Below, one piece after another: positions 36,268-50,119 of a stretch of DNA of 64,000 nt (its first letter is position 1; every line of letters starts with the position of its first letter). The notes below the pieces were generated by a model that worked only from the letters and a program-made list of their open reading frames with translations, was not told the DNA's origin and searched no databases. The DNA is taken from contig NMRA01000449.1 in NCBI GenBank assembly GCA_002633005.1, positions 124,001 through 188,000 of the forward strand, given 5' to 3'. This DNA comes from Phoronis australis. Its lineage: Eukaryota > Animalia > Phoronida. The translations under genes were made by a program, and so were the position numbers.

Positions 36268-38270
36268 AGCGGAGTTGCAACGCCGCCATATTGGAAATGG
36301 GTCAGAATGTTGCATTGTGGTTAAGCCGGTAAACAAGTACGTCGGCAAGCGTGGGGGCGAACCGGCCACAGGGAGGTTATACATGTACGTATTGTGTGCC
36401 TGGCATGCTATAATACCAGTTAGCGAGATAAAAAATTTAGTTACTACCTGTTTCCCAAGGATCAAGAACTGCGTTAAACATGGGTCAGAGACATCGGTAG
36501 AGCTGGTAGCAAAGGCCGACTTCGTGAATTTTTTCCGACTTCGTAGCATAAAGTGTGCAGCGCTCATTTTGAGGGCGGCAAGAAAACGTATCTTAGAAAC
36601 TGCCCAACAATATCTCCCTTCAAAGAAACAGTAACAAATACTCCACGGCGGTTGGTAGTGAAAAAAAAAAAACTTGTTTTCGCTTGACCAGAACCAAGCC
36701 AACATGAGCAATTTTGAGGATAATGCCTCTCCACAATAACTTGTTCTGGGTCGACTCACTTAACGTATGCACACTATATGCATTACGCGCTAAGATAAAG
36801 CGTGCAGAATATTATTATTTACTTTCTACAAAATTGTGGTACATTGCTATCAAAATTCGTTGTTAAATTACGATCATTTTTCATAATATTGTGTTGAAGT
36901 TCCAGGGCGAAATCTTGCCGACAAATGCGTAGCTGCTGGTCTCGCAATCGTCGATAGGGCTTGAATTCTTAAATAAGAATACAGCTTTGACTCAACAAAT
37001 TACCTGAAATCCTCCTCAAGTTTTCCAAATAGCGTCTCTAAGATTTTTAAGTTTTTGTGAAGTCTAGATTAACTGCAGATTAAGTCCAAATCTGCGCTAG
37101 ATTGTAGCACGCAACCCGAGAAAAATCTCTGTGGGAACACATGTTGTTGTCACGTGACGTTTGTTTTGAAGTTAGTATGTGTGTGTGTGAGAGTAAACGT
37201 GCGTGTGCTTGTCATCAGAGTTCATTTGCCTGAGTAATGTAATGATCTAGGTGTGCATTGTATTCAAAAGAATAAGTCAAGCAGTCAAGCAGAGCGTGTT
37301 TTAATATTTACGGCTTAGCACTTGCTGGCCTCATCTGCTAAAAACGTTCGAGAATTTTTTCGGTAAGACCGATATGTCACTCATTGAGTCGCCGGGTGAG
37401 TGGATGCGTGACCGTAGTGTAACAGCTATTTTCCGGAAGATTTGGGGTGTAAGGGTGCGAAGTGGGTCATTTTGACCTTAAAAACACCAATTATGATTAG
37501 TTAAATAATTTCTCTTAAAATAATGCAAAAGCTTTTTACGGTATTGGGAACTTTCGGAAATTAGTCCCAATATTTATTTGCCGATGCTATGTTACCCGTT
37601 TCATGAATAGATAGTTCCCGATTAATCTTCGATGACAGCCGGTACATTATGCAGCGCACGCTTCTTGGTCGCGTGCTAACACTGGTCGAGTTTTTTTATT
37701 AGTCTTCGATTCACGGTTTTCACATGTACAAAGAAGTTTGGATTCCTGTTGAGGCCGGAGAAGATCTGTACCGGAAAGAAACAATGCAATCCCGCTCTTT
37801 GACAAGTACGCTGTGTCTGTTTTCAAAGTCCAGACCCGCGTAGTGGGGCACATCCCTCGCAAGAGCAGCAAAACTTCTGCGTTCTTTTTGCATCGCGGCG
37901 TAAGTTTGAAGTGTATACGGACATAACGGTGAGGCTCGTGGTCCGTTACAAATTCAGGCTGTCGGATTTTTCAATTGATAAATTGGAGACGTTAGAACTG
38001 TAGGTAAGGGCATTTTTCGCATGTAGTTCATGGGCTGGGCGCTTACTTTAGCAAAGTCTGAAAACGCGTTGGGGCACTTGTTGAGCCATGGGCGCTAATT
38101 AGGGCGAATAGCGGCAGAATTACATACAGCAGCGTAGTTTAATGCACACAAATCACACGTCGTGCAAACCAATCGGCCATTCCATTTACCCTTATCAATC
38201 CCAATAGCCTTTGCGCACCCTAATTTCCGGACATGCGCAATCGTTAAATCGATTCGGTTGCAACTCCGCT
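36268..38270. mobile_element. 2.0-kb non-autonomous TIR transposon with AT flanks (ISL2EU/Harbinger-related by termini)
   Basis: Perfect 14-bp TIR AGCGGAGTTGCAAC / GTTGCAACTCCGCT, each end flanked by AT. A second copy of the left end at 18128 supports mobility. Confidence 0.85.
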
Positions 38271-41200
38271 ATTAGTTAGTTGGTATTTGTCTTGCACCAA
38301 TAAATGGCGTATGTTGTAACAACAAATTTGCTATACTGGAATTATTTTATTTTTTACCCACAATACAGTTCGAAAAATGGCAGAGTGTTTAAACTCATGG
38401 AGAATGCGAACTTTTCGAGACTGGAAAGGCCGAAAAATTGAACAAGTTCTTGATGGCTATTTTGATGAGGTTACAGACTTGAGCATTGCCAGCCGTGTTT
38501 TTTTACCTTAATCTAAGAGCCCACAAAAATGTGTGGAAACTGTTGAACATGGTGTCAATTCTAACATTTTTAGAGAGATTAAACAGTTCGATGGGTGGAA
38601 AGCGGCTAGTTACTTGTGAACAAAGAGGTTGGAGATTTAAGGACGATCTTCTTTTTTATTGGCAATGGAAAATCATTTTCCATTAAATAAGTGAAATCAA
38701 CATTGCAACGTATCTACACATTCTAAACATTTCACGTCTTCTTGGATGGCCAAAACCACAACAAGGATCGGTTTACGTCTAATTTGATTAGAAAGGGAGA
38801 TGGGGTCTTCTCTTTAAATTTCATGGTTCACTTCAATTGTCTTAAATTAAAAATGTTCACAGTTCACTATCTAACATATATGTTGGATTGATGTAATGCA
38901 AATTATCGAAGCGTACTTAATAAAGAACGTGTGAGCGATCTGAAATTAAAATAGCAAATATTCTTGTATATTTTTTTGGATAACAATGCTTGCCAATTAC
39001 ATCTATGAAAGGTGTACAAATGCGTTGTCATTTTAACAGGAGGCATTGTCAGTGTGGCAATACATTTCTGTTTACAACTTCAATAACTGTGTTAAAATGT
39101 TTGGAATTGTGGATCACATTTCACCAAAAACGACTCTAATGAATTCATAAATTTACCTTACACTCGCATTTGAAAGTGAGCAAATTAAAGTGTGTGTGTG
39201 TGTTTTGTAAATCACTGCATCCTAAACAAATATTATTTGCAGTAAGACCTCTTATGGGCATCTAATTTCAGTGCTTTCAAATTTGTTCTCTTCCATGTCC
39301 AATCTGGAAAATTAGTCTAATTTAAAAATCAAGGGAAATGTGCAAGTTTAAAATGACGACTTCTAACTTCCAAAAAAGCAATTGTTTGTGACATCAAAAC
39401 AAATTGCTCCCCTGTCTCAACTGATCACAGAAGTTGTTTTATAATGTTCATTTGACCTGAGGCTTACTATCCGGATTTGGAGGTGGGGGCACACAGGGCA
39501 CCGGACCCTCTGTGCCTCCCTCTTCCGGCCGCGACCAAGCAAAAAATAAATAAACCAACGACGGCATACCGTCTTCAGGAATGAAACAAAATCAATATTT
39601 TTCTTTTGGAAAATGTGGATGTCTCACTTCTTGCGAAGTCCGTCAGTGGCACAAACGTGCTCTTTCGAAGTCATGTAAGCCTACGCCTTGATTTCACGAT
39701 ATCTAGAAGAAATCGTTGAGGAGCGTTATTAATGTGACAGAACGCAACTAGTTAACGTCAGGGTGTCCGAGTTGCGTGGATAAACATCTAAAAATTGTTT
39801 GGGCATGTTGTGTCAGTGGTACTCTCTTGCACTCGAAGTGGAAGTGTTCCTGCAATGCTTTGTGTCGAATAGTTACGATATTTTTATTCAGCCCGTTCAC
39901 ATTTAGTTTTTCAACAAGATATAACCTATTCAAAACTCCACAGCATCGTTTAAGATTTTCAAAAATTTAACATAGTAAAACTTCATTGGGAGGCGAAAAG
40001 ATTTGTGGTGATCAATGAGTTCAGTGACATCGCAGATAAAGGGAATCAGTGTTCATCTCAGTTAACAGAAATGTTTTCTGCCTACGTAGACCTATGACAC
40101 TCGTGCGAAAAGCTAATTTGATCATCTTCTTCAGTTGTAGTACATAGCGATATCTCTTGCATGATTTTGCGTTTTTGGGGTTTGTCTGGTTCACGTGCGG
40201 AACGCAAACCAGAAATCAAGCTTCTTGGTGGGACATCTTTCGGCATGCCTATAAACTAATCAGAAATAAAACCGGCCCACAGTTGTTGAAAAAATTCAAA
40301 GTATCTGTTTAGTCATCGATAACTTATCAGTGACTAAGATTAATTTTCCAACAGTCATAGTCTATGAGTCGGTGAGGGGAACCAAATCGTTGAAATTCGC
40401 AAAATGTTCACCAGTGTCATAGCATCATGAATGGACGGGTCAACAGAAATACCCAGACGTCAATATCTACATGATTTCGAACAAGAATGAAGAATAGAAC
40501 AGGTAGGCTAAAACAATTCTAAAATGGTTGTGAGTCACCCATCGGTCTCGTGAGCGCGCCGGCTTTATCTGCTTGTATTAGTGCATGCATATATCTGTCT
40601 ATATCACAGTGATAAAGGTAACAACGGGTACGTTGTGCAACTACAGTTATGTAGATGTCAACGAAACCACTCAAACTGTGCCTAAAATAAAATTCAATTG
40701 TGAATGAAAATTTAGCAGCGAATCTTTAATAAACTCTAATTTGCACTGGACATGGTCAGGGTGTATACCCAACCTTATAATCACCAGTGATTTTTTGCGT
40801 TATGCTAAGCTTATCCGCAGTTTTCTCCTACATGTAGTTATGCATGTCTTTCCTATAAATGAGTTGTTAACAAACTGCAATCTAGCACAAATACGGCAAC
40901 TCTCCACTTACTTCGCACAGAGTGAATTAAGCATATCTCCGATAGTCAGAGTGTGTGAAATAAAGTGAATGTACAGACTCCATGGCTGTCAAGTGTGCGA
41001 AATAAAAAACCCTTGCCAACTACCGTGTACAAATTTAATGAAATGGGACCTACGCCTTGACAATGTGATTTAGTATTAAGTAGTAATTAAACTACTCTAT
41101 CTCGTTTCAAGGTAAAGTTGTACAACCGCCGCTTGCAGCACACACACGATGTAGTTGCTAGCGTTTATTTGTTATTTTTGTTTTCTGTCAGTTATGTCTT

Positions 41201-41404
41201 TCTTTGCTATAAATGGCCTCTTAATTGCTTTAATACAGCCCACATCAAGCCCGTAGGAAGGCAAAAACCATTGGGCGGGGGTTGGCACAAACCATTTCGA
41301 CTTCGCAAAACAACCCCCCCATCGCCACCACCTCTGCCACCCCCCTTCCCCTCGCCCCTGTGCTCCCGGTGCCACCATATTTGTACCGAATCTCCCAGGG
41401 GGCA

Positions 41405-41559
41405 CAGTGTCGGATTTAGGGGTGGCCAAGGGGTCATGGCACCCCTAAAATTCTCCCAGATTCCAATTGACAGCTGGTTCGGAGGTGCGAATTTCTGACG
41501 GGTAAAACCCTGACTAATACTCTGCCCTGCCCCCACTCAAAATCCTGGATCCGCCCTTG
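41405..41559 (+). mobile_element. hAT-like MITE (~155 bp)
   Basis: CAGTGTCGGATTTAGG ... CCTGGATCCGCCCTTG termini; homologous to 56128-56260 and 5211-5308. Confidence 0.75.
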
Positions 41560-42530
41560 AGACAATCCCAGAGATGAAGCCATCAAAAGGTGAGTAACCC
41601 TGAACCAACACGGAGAGTAAGGGTGGGCCTAGAACCAGTACACAGACCGGTAACGAGGAGCTGCCTCAAGTAGCTATAACTGAGATCTAACAGTGTGAAT
41701 ACGAAATTCCCAATGAAGTAAATCTAGTTGCTGGTCAGCTCAACTATGATTCACTTGAGACAGACAGCTCGTACCGGGCGTCTGCGCTCCCTCTATAGTC
41801 AAGATTTGTTTTATTATGATCCAGTTTCGGGGAAACTTTATTTTATTATGGTCATTCTTTAAAGGAGTTTTTTGGGGGGCTGTTTTAAATTGCTTTGTTG
41901 AAACACGACCGGTAGTCCAGTTTCTGGTGGCTTGGGAAAAGGATAGTGTGTCCCAAAAATGTACACACTTCCTGAACGCCTGAAGTTCAAATTCAGTTCC
42001 TGTGGATCACTGAGATTCTGCAGGGGCCAACTGCATGGGTACATCTTACTTTTAACGTTGGTACACCAGTCCTTACGTGCACGTGAATAAGGACAAGCAA
42101 TCAATTCAGTTTTGAAGAACAAAAATTCATTGCTCAATACTAATGGAAACTAAAAACACCAAGGAAGTGCAAAGACAACCTTTCCAAGCAATGAGTTTAA
42201 TTTTATTTATTTTAAGGATTTTAAAACGTTTTTTCTATCTACGGTTTGCGAGTCCGAATTTCATCAACGTCTTTTACTATTTAGGGATCGAAATATAGAG
42301 TTTTTCCAACTTCAGACTGCAATTTAATTCAGTGAAACATCATCAGTTATTACAATATTAGCTATTAATTGTCAAAAATCATCTATGAATCTATCGATTT
42401 TTGTAGATACATAAACAAGTAAATCAGAAACCAACGAATTTGTTTATCAAAACGGAACGTTATAAGTAATTTCCTCATGCATGCTTGCAGACTTTTGACG
42501 GTTAACCAGGGGAATATGGGAGATGGGGCA

Positions 42531-43078
42531 TTAAGGTGTATTTTTGCTCGTTTCACAGGTACCTATAACGGTTCACGAGGTAAAATTGAACTCCGCTGAC
42601 AAAAAAAAAACACTGAAATCTTTGTTTGTGACTGTGAGAGTTCTTTGAGTACCCCCTTTCGACTTGTACACGGTCATCACAAATAGTAGCCTAGATAGCA
42701 GTGTTTTCCACACGTGGGAATTCCTTACAAACAACTCATAGTGACCATGTTCAAAAGAGATTCTATTCTTGTGATACTACGGGAAACAGTCACATCGGAA
42801 ATAGTCCGTTTGTGTAATTCATAAATAGTGGTCTTCACGTTCTTCAAAATTCCACTCTTTCGATGGCGGCAATCCTACTGTATTTTTCAACATTTTTGGT
42901 TGTTTGGGTCGAATGGCTGTGCTGTGCACGAATGTTTTATGTTTTTGATGAATTTGGAATCTCAACGTCCATCGTGAATACTTGGCTGTGTCGGACTTAC
43001 ATGTATAGAAGGACAAAGGGACATTTCCCCCGAACTGCTCCACCGAGAGAGGGCGCCGTTAGAAATGGGACACCTTAA
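42531..43078. mobile_element. Possible Kolobok-like TTAA MITE
   Basis: TTAA-GGTGT ... ACACC-TTAA. The TIR is short, so support is weak. Confidence 0.35.
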
Positions 43079-43754
43079 GATCAAAGGCTACATACATGTA
43101 TCATTAAGCTAGGGAAAAAGAGTGTCTGTGCATTCCACCGTTGTGTGGTCCCAAAACGATGCAGGGAGTGACCTCCTTCAACATGAAAGCCGGTTGCACG
43201 ATTTCACAAAAAACAGGAAAGTAGAGGTAATCGGTTCCAACATTAGGCCCTCTCTCCGTGAGCGGCTCCTTAAGAATTTATGAATTAAAACACCGTAGGG
43301 TGGCCACTTGAATGTCATCAATGGCCTCTTTCAAGGGCGGGGCCCCACAATATGAAAATATCTATATTTTCAAATATCAGGAAATGCGAAGCAGTTGGTG
43401 TTATCTGTCTGGATTGCATAAAGCTTCAAAACTTATCCGCTGGATAAGTTTGATTGTTGCATGACGTCAGGTCCATTGTTCAACAATAACATGACACGTG
43501 ATAATTCGACGTCATTGTTGCTATACGGCGTATAACGTTTATACAAAGGCACGATAATCATTATCGGGTAAAATGAAATTGAAATTGTTTCATAAGTGCC
43601 ACAAGATCTTGAGAAGTTCTACGCTCGTAATTTACACCTCTACGAACTGCTCGTACTCTATGTTCATAATTTGCCTGTGTACTTGGCGGTCATTATTCAT
43701 TGTTAATGCCCTGACGTTTCTAATGTAGGCCTACTCTCGTAAATGAGAACGTAT

Positions 43755-44253
43755 TTAAGTTTCTGCAGGACCTTATCGACTTGGCGGTGTATTTAGCCTA
43801 GTATCTACAAAACTGTAAAAGTGTTTTGTGATAGTACAAACACTGTAGAGTCCGCTATTAATTGGGACACGTGATTGTGTGTTTTTAGTAAATTTTAGCA
43901 AAAAGAAAGATACATCTATAGCAAAACAGCAATATAAATAACATGACCAAATTCGTTTAATGAAGATGAAATTTCAAAAACGTTGTTAAGAGTTTTTTAG
44001 ATTATCGTTTCGTTTTCGTTTTCGTTTTATGCCACTTATGAGTTTTTCATAAAAATAATGAAAGTCCTATTTTTATAGCGTTCCATGTGAAAGTGGAAAA
44101 AACTAAAAACAATTCCTAAAACTACTTCGTAGAGCGGTGCTTAAAGAATAGTGTCTCAAAATTTCACATGGATCCGATCCGCCATTGCTGAAATATGATG
44201 ATCCAAAGTTGGCCAAATTTGGCTATTTTGCGAGGGTCCTATACAGCTTTTAA
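43755..44253 (+). mobile_element. Kolobok-like TTAA MITE, copy 2
   Basis: Colinear with 20142-20677. TTAA-GTTTCTGCAGGACC ... GGTCCTATACAGCTT-TTAA. Confidence 0.7.
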
Positions 44254-44319
44254 AGTCATGAAGGACCCTCGAAACATGGCTAAATTTGGCTGATGTCGAC
44301 TCCGGCGTTTTGTCTAATG

Positions 44320-45309
44320 CAGTGGCGGATCTAGGATATCACAAGGGGGGGCACATTTTGTCTGTAACTATTTGCTCAAAGCAAGATTGTAAATGCACAT
44401 AGCACCGAATAGGGGGAGGTCAGGGGGGGGGGGTTTGCCCCCTCCTGCCCAGGAAATTTTTCTGTTTTTTCCTCTAAAAATCAAGCATTTTCCTTGATTC
44501 CCGAAGTATTATCCAAGAAAAAAGGCAAAAACAGAAGGTGTCAACCAGGAAAAACCACAGACTCGAACCCACGGCCTAGTGGACAGAGGGCGCGTGCTTT
44601 ACCACTGCACCACCACGATGTAACTCCTTATTGATACTAAGAGACCTACTTGTTTATGGTCCACAGCGTTTGCGCGCGAAACCTCCTTCTTTTTGTAATG
44701 CTTATTACATGTTTTATATTTTGTGCAATCAGTTCGTAACAAATTTGTTGTATTTAAAATAGTCTTCAATTGCCCAAAAAGACCAAATCCGTTTTTTGTG
44801 TTGGCAATAATGACGCGATTGATTTGGAAATGGTCTTAAGTTAAGGTTTGACAAAGAGAGAATTATGAGTTTCTGAGTGATTCACTATGGCTTCGATTAA
44901 AATTGACATCTTACCAGCAGCTTCTGTTTTTTCACTATCACTCAGATTCCATTTTCTTTAAAAAATGAAGTAATTTTCTTCATTGTATAGTGGAGCAGAC
45001 GATGGAAAGGGAGTCGTAGTTCCCAGCGCCACTGCCGGTAGCCTGAGATTCCGCGGGAGAGCCTATACTTAGCCATAGTTCCGTTACGATTGCGCCGTGT
45101 TCCGAACTTGACACTTGAAATTGGATCTGAGCCCCCCCCCCAACATTAAAACTGCACACATTTAAATCTTGTTTCAGCCGTATAATTTTAATTACCGGGG
45201 TTAATTAAAAAACTCAACATTTCCCTACGCTCTTGCTATTTTATTTTTTGCGGCATCCAAGGGGTGGAGGAGGGGGGGCGGGCCCCTGCCCCCCCTAAAT
45301 CCGCCTATG
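44320..45309. mobile_element. hAT-like non-autonomous element(s) containing a tRNA-like segment
   Basis: CAGTGGCGGATCTAGG at the left and CCTAAATCCGCCTATG at the right, with G/C-run subterminal tracts. No exact TSD, so this may be two elements. Confidence 0.45.
44555..44615 (-). mobile_element. tRNA-derived SINE head or tRNA pseudogene
   Basis: A box TGGTGCAGTGGT and B box GGTTCGAGTC at tRNA spacing; the acceptor stem is not intact. Confidence 0.6.
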
Positions 45310-45429
45310 TAATGGGTCCAATTATGAGGCCAGCGCACGTCTGTTGCACGGTAGAAGACATCAGACCACCTACACTTTTTATGTTGGAACATATAAGTCT
45401 TAAAAATGACTGAACGCATTCATAGACAA

Positions 45430-45749
45430 CTTTGAAGTAAAATTCTTTATGAACTGGTTTGTAAAATTTTGTTGGTAATAATTATTGAAGTGATCCAATT
45501 TTCTATGAGGGCTATCAAAAATAGATCTTTTACGACATTAATGAAAAAATCAAAAGTTTCATGAAACGAAAATAAAATCATTTTTTTTAGAAAACTGTAA
45601 CAACGTGTTCGAGATTTCATCTTGAATCTTCATATCAAAGGAAATTTGGTCATATTATGGATTCCGTTTCTCTGCTATCGATGTACCGAGATAAAATCTA
45701 TAGTGTACGAAATACACAGACTTACCGATAAGGTCCTCCATAACCCTAA
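45430..45749 (-). mobile_element. Kolobok-like TTAA MITE, partial inverted copy 3
   Basis: The reverse complement begins TTAG-GGTTATGGAGGACCTTATCG and aligns to copies 1 and 2. Confidence 0.6.
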
Positions 45750-46383
45750 CACTTGGCCATATAGATATAGTTCCTACCTTATGTCAAAGCCATCACTATG
45801 GCCACATTAAAGTCATAAATCGACAAATAAAACAAGGCTTATTCCCTGTCTTAATTTTACATGTACGTAACTACAGCCACGAACGGTACACACATTGGTG
45901 TTCAGACACATATTGCATTTCTACAACGAGTATCGTCGAATGTTCAAACTTAATGTTATCATGTATTTGTGAACTGTTTTCTTGCGTTGACGCCATGTGG
46001 CGCGCGGAGGTGGGCTACTCAACATATGGTTCGACGAGCCTGCGTCTGAATGTTTAAATAGCGCAAAAGTCATATTATTTTAATTAATAAAAATAGCCCA
46101 ATTTACTTCCTTAGCCGTTTTTAAAAGTCCAACTAAAAATCATTCAGTTGCTTATATTTATAACGATACTATATATAACGACATATCCATGCGTTTCGAA
46201 GTGCCACTGTTTTGCTTCAAAGTTCAATTGCATTTATTTTTATCAACAAATCACGTCATTTGAGTGAAACTAGTAGCCGTGCTAAACGAAAATCAGAATA
46301 ATTTACGACCGTGAAAAGTGTTTATGCCCGTAACCTACGAGCGTATTGATGTGTATTACAGGCGACACTTTCCCCCTATGGCC

Positions 46384-46496
46384 ATGATGACGATGAAGGT
46401 GACGAGGACGATAATAAGGATGATGATGATGCCGATGACGATAATCATGACGGCGTTGATGATAATGATCATTGTGATCGTAACTAAGATGATGTT
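46384..46496 (+). repeat. Degenerate (GAT)n microsatellite
   Basis: GATGACGATGAAG...GATGATGATGATG...GATAATGAT. It explains the His/Met/Ile-rich spurious ORFs here. Confidence 0.9.
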
Positions 46497-48330
46497 GTAC
46501 ACTGAAGGGTGACAAAACGTGTCGATGTTGACACCATTTACTGTCGCTCGAGCAACAATATGTGTCGAGTATGACGTGCTATGTGTTACAAAATTCAATA
46601 TTTTCAAATTTATGTTTGATAAGATTATGTATTCAATCTATTTTATATTTATGTTGAACTTCGATAATGTCATGTTTTCGTTCGATGTTGTCTCCAGTTA
46701 TAGTCGATAACAGAACTCTGGGTAAGTTGGAACGACGGCTGTGATTGTTCTGCAGTGCTTCATTCCTGTGCAGCCGGTAACTCTCCACTTGCAAGGCCTC
46801 AACCGTAGCGGAACTCGTTGACTCAAGGTCGGGCTCCCGCGGGTCCTGGGTCTGGTGCTGTTTGTTTGTTGGCTGGTCAGGGTCAGAACCGAGTTCCTCA
46901 TGAACCGCGCGTCAGTGGACTCAAGGGCGTATTAATAGGCATTTATCGCGTACTATCATTCACTACCTCATAGTCTGAACTTAATGTGTGTTCGTGTTCA
47001 CAAGTGTGAATGAAACTGGCTAAATTGTCGAAAAATAATGGAATCAGGGCCCTGGTTCAGTAGCCGCCATGTTAATCAATTTGAGAACCAATCACGGCCG
47101 TCGTTTAATAATACCCAGAATTCCATGAATGCACATTTAAAAGGAACATCGATTGTATCTTTGGGAACATCGAACATTTAGTTAGTTATTCGCACATAAA
47201 TAAGTTTTCTTATGATACACAAAATGTTAGCATCACATATGCGAAGAATAAAATCAAATAATATCATCAAACATATTTTGAACATTGAATTTTGCAACAC
47301 ATAACACGCCATGGTTGAGTGCTGCAATACCTGTAACACTTCACCTAGGTGCCATTGTTGATTACATCCTCCTGTAAGAAAAAGGTTCGTTTTATGTGCA
47401 AGGAACTCTACAAAACCCCCTCCACGCTTCTGTGGTGTCTTGGGTTCAAATGACACAACGTGTTGAATTAAAATTGAGTAACTATTAAATAAGCCTTTTA
47501 AGGGTTTAAGTCCCGACAAGGTGCACCCCGTCAAAAATAGTGAATCATTCCGTTGCTAATTTTTCTTGTCCAGAATTGAACGGTGTGCAAATTTCAGGTT
47601 TTAAAAATCATCCGTAGTATGAAGGTCTTTGAATGAACTTTCATTCACCTTTGATGAGGTGACGTGCGGAATTCAACCACCTGAGCTTCGACCTACATGT
47701 TGTTCACTACGCGCCAGTTGTTGTCTCAGACGTATCTCCGGGGTTTTGTCTGTCACTTTATAGGTGTATATGGACATAGACATCACGCATAGTAGCAGAG
47801 TACGTTTGCACTAAGGAAATATGAATAAATTCCAGAACAACTCCGAAAACGGGTTGTGACGGGGAAATGGTAAATTTCGAAAAAACAAGACTAGGAAATA
47901 TTTCAAATCTTCAGAGTCACATCATTACACTAGGTGTATAAAATTGGGTTGAATACCCCCGGTCAGCAAGCACTACCTGGTAGCAGTTTAATGGATAATA
48001 AATATAAACTAATGTCAATTATGCATTACTTGGCCTGGTTGCAAAAATGTTTTATATGTCGAGGCAGTTCCCCAGTCAAGCTCTGGCTGAACGGATGTCA
48101 AATTTCGCAGCGCAAGAGAAACCGGGATAATCCACAAATTAAGTTTTGTAAGGTAAGTATAAATCTGTCGCATATTTAAAAAAATTCAGGATGTGTTATA
48201 ATGGCGCATGTTGTTCAAGGTGGTCATTCCCACGATTGAGTGAGAAACAACATGGTCTGTATTGTTTATTAAAAAACTCACGCAGCTTATTCATGATTTT
48301 CATTCCCATGTCTGCGTTTGAAGAAACCAT

Positions 48331-49495
48331 AGAGAGGTTTTGTGAATTATGACGCATATGTAGTTCCGCGCGCCGATTCACGGCACAATAATAAAAATGA
48401 GTTTTGCAACAGCCAAATTTTTACGCGAACGTGAAAGCTGTGAAGAAGTCTGGTGAAAAATGACCAACTCCTAGAACGCGAAAATTATTTGCAGCTTACA
48501 ATATATAAAAGCATGTAAATTAAGCATGTATTAACAGCACAAAATCATATCTCTTAAAAATCTAGTTCGATGATATCCCACAAATGCCCTGCAGAATAAC
48601 GATTTTGAAAAAAGTGTTTTCTTGTAACTAAAATTTAAGAACATTTATAGACAAAAGAATCGATTTATTTCATACTGAAGCAAATATGAACCCTATCAAA
48701 ATAAAATCTTTTCGATATCTTTTCAAATTAGAATTAAAAGAGGTGCCACAGGTTTCGCGTTTAAAGTGACGCGAATCTCTCTGTATTCACGTAAAATTCT
48801 CAAAAACTAGAGAGGTTTCGCAAAGCGACGTGAACGTGAATTATCACGCATTTATAGTGCTGGGTCATACATGCCACTGTTGGCTGTGACGTAATCCCGA
48901 TAGTGTTTGAGTATTTACGCGAATACAGAGAGATTCGCTTCTCTTGTGGCCCTTTTTATTTCTTATTTGGTAAGACATCGAAAAAATTTGTTTTTTTATT
49001 TTGATACGGTTCTCAATGTTTCTTCTTTTCTTCAGTATAAAATGAACAAGATTCTTTTGTCTATACATGTTCTTAAAGCTAAGTTGATAGAAAGCACTTT
49101 TTCCAAAATCCTCATTCTGCCGGGGTTCGCTAGATATCATCGAACTAGAATGGATTTTTAAAAGGTATGATTTTGTATTGTTGATTTTTTTACATGCTTA
49201 ATTTACATGTATCTATTTATTTTAAACTGCAAAAAATCGCATTCTAGTAGTTGGCCATTTTTCGCAGGGGTTTTTCACATTCAACACACATTTTTGTCTC
49301 AGCTTGCATATCTGTAGTGGAAATGCACTACGATGACTGGACACCCGGAGCTCAGTTATTCAGTTCACGTTTACTTTCACGTTCGCGTAAAAATTTAGCT
49401 GTTGCGAAACCCATTCTTGTTACTGTAACGTGAATCGTACGCGCAATTACGTAAACGTCATAATTCACGTACACTTCGCTTTGCGAAACCCCTCT
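48331..49495. mobile_element. ~1.17-kb foldback element with AGAGAGGTTTCGCAA-type termini
   Basis: 48331-48809 and 48901-49495 are long diverged inverted arms (e.g. CTAGTTCGATGATATC/GATATCATCGAACTAG; GCGAATCTCTCTGTATTC/GAATACAGAGAGATTCGC). A third terminus copy sits in the loop at ~48809. Confidence 0.85.
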
Positions 49496-50119
49496 ACTGT
49501 CGGGATTAAATTACAGCCAGCAATTCACATCAGAGGTTTAAGCCCAGGAAAAAGTTGGAATGATTGTGGGAATTGTTGATGAAATTTAGAAATAAGTGTT
49601 TTGAACCGTCAGTAAAAAATAACAGTTTTTGCTGGTTTCTGGATTGAAAATCCAGGACCTTGCAGTCAACCTCTTTGCCCCACAGAGTGTACAAATGTCA
49701 CCTATTTTAATTGTGCGCAATCTTTAAGATTACTGTGCGCTGCTGTAAACATTTTTGTATGAAAACGGAGGTGTGGGATATGGACAGTTTTAGACCGATT
49801 CTGATTTGATGATTAGCTCTGTTTGCAACTAGAATATTTATAACTCGGAATTCAATGAAAGCATCGTGTTTTTGAATGAATTAAAGCAGGACCAAAGCAG
49901 GTGAAATCTCACCACAGTGTAAAATATTTTTTTTTCTTGTCATGACGCAGGCATATGCGTTGCCGAAGTTTGGCCATAGATATATCTATGGGTTTGATTT
50001 TAGTTTCCAGAGAAACAAAAAATGATACAGTGAAGGATTGTCAGTTCATTCACATGTCATTGTGGGGAACGATTTTAGGTTCAACTTTTATAACCGTTTT
50101 CTGCGATAGTACACTTTGG

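Noticed and set aside
36235-36759. ORFs sharing the peptide ECCIVVKPVNKYVGKRGG with the ORF at 18130-18450
   Set aside because: The similarity comes only from the shared transposon terminal DNA, not from a conserved protein.
44555-44615. Functional tRNA gene
   Set aside because: A and B boxes are present but the acceptor stem cannot be formed, and it is embedded in a repeat. The same applies to 23040-23195 and 55781-55846.
46303-46607. His-rich, Met-rich and Ile-rich ORFs
   Set aside because: These are translations of a (GAT)n microsatellite.
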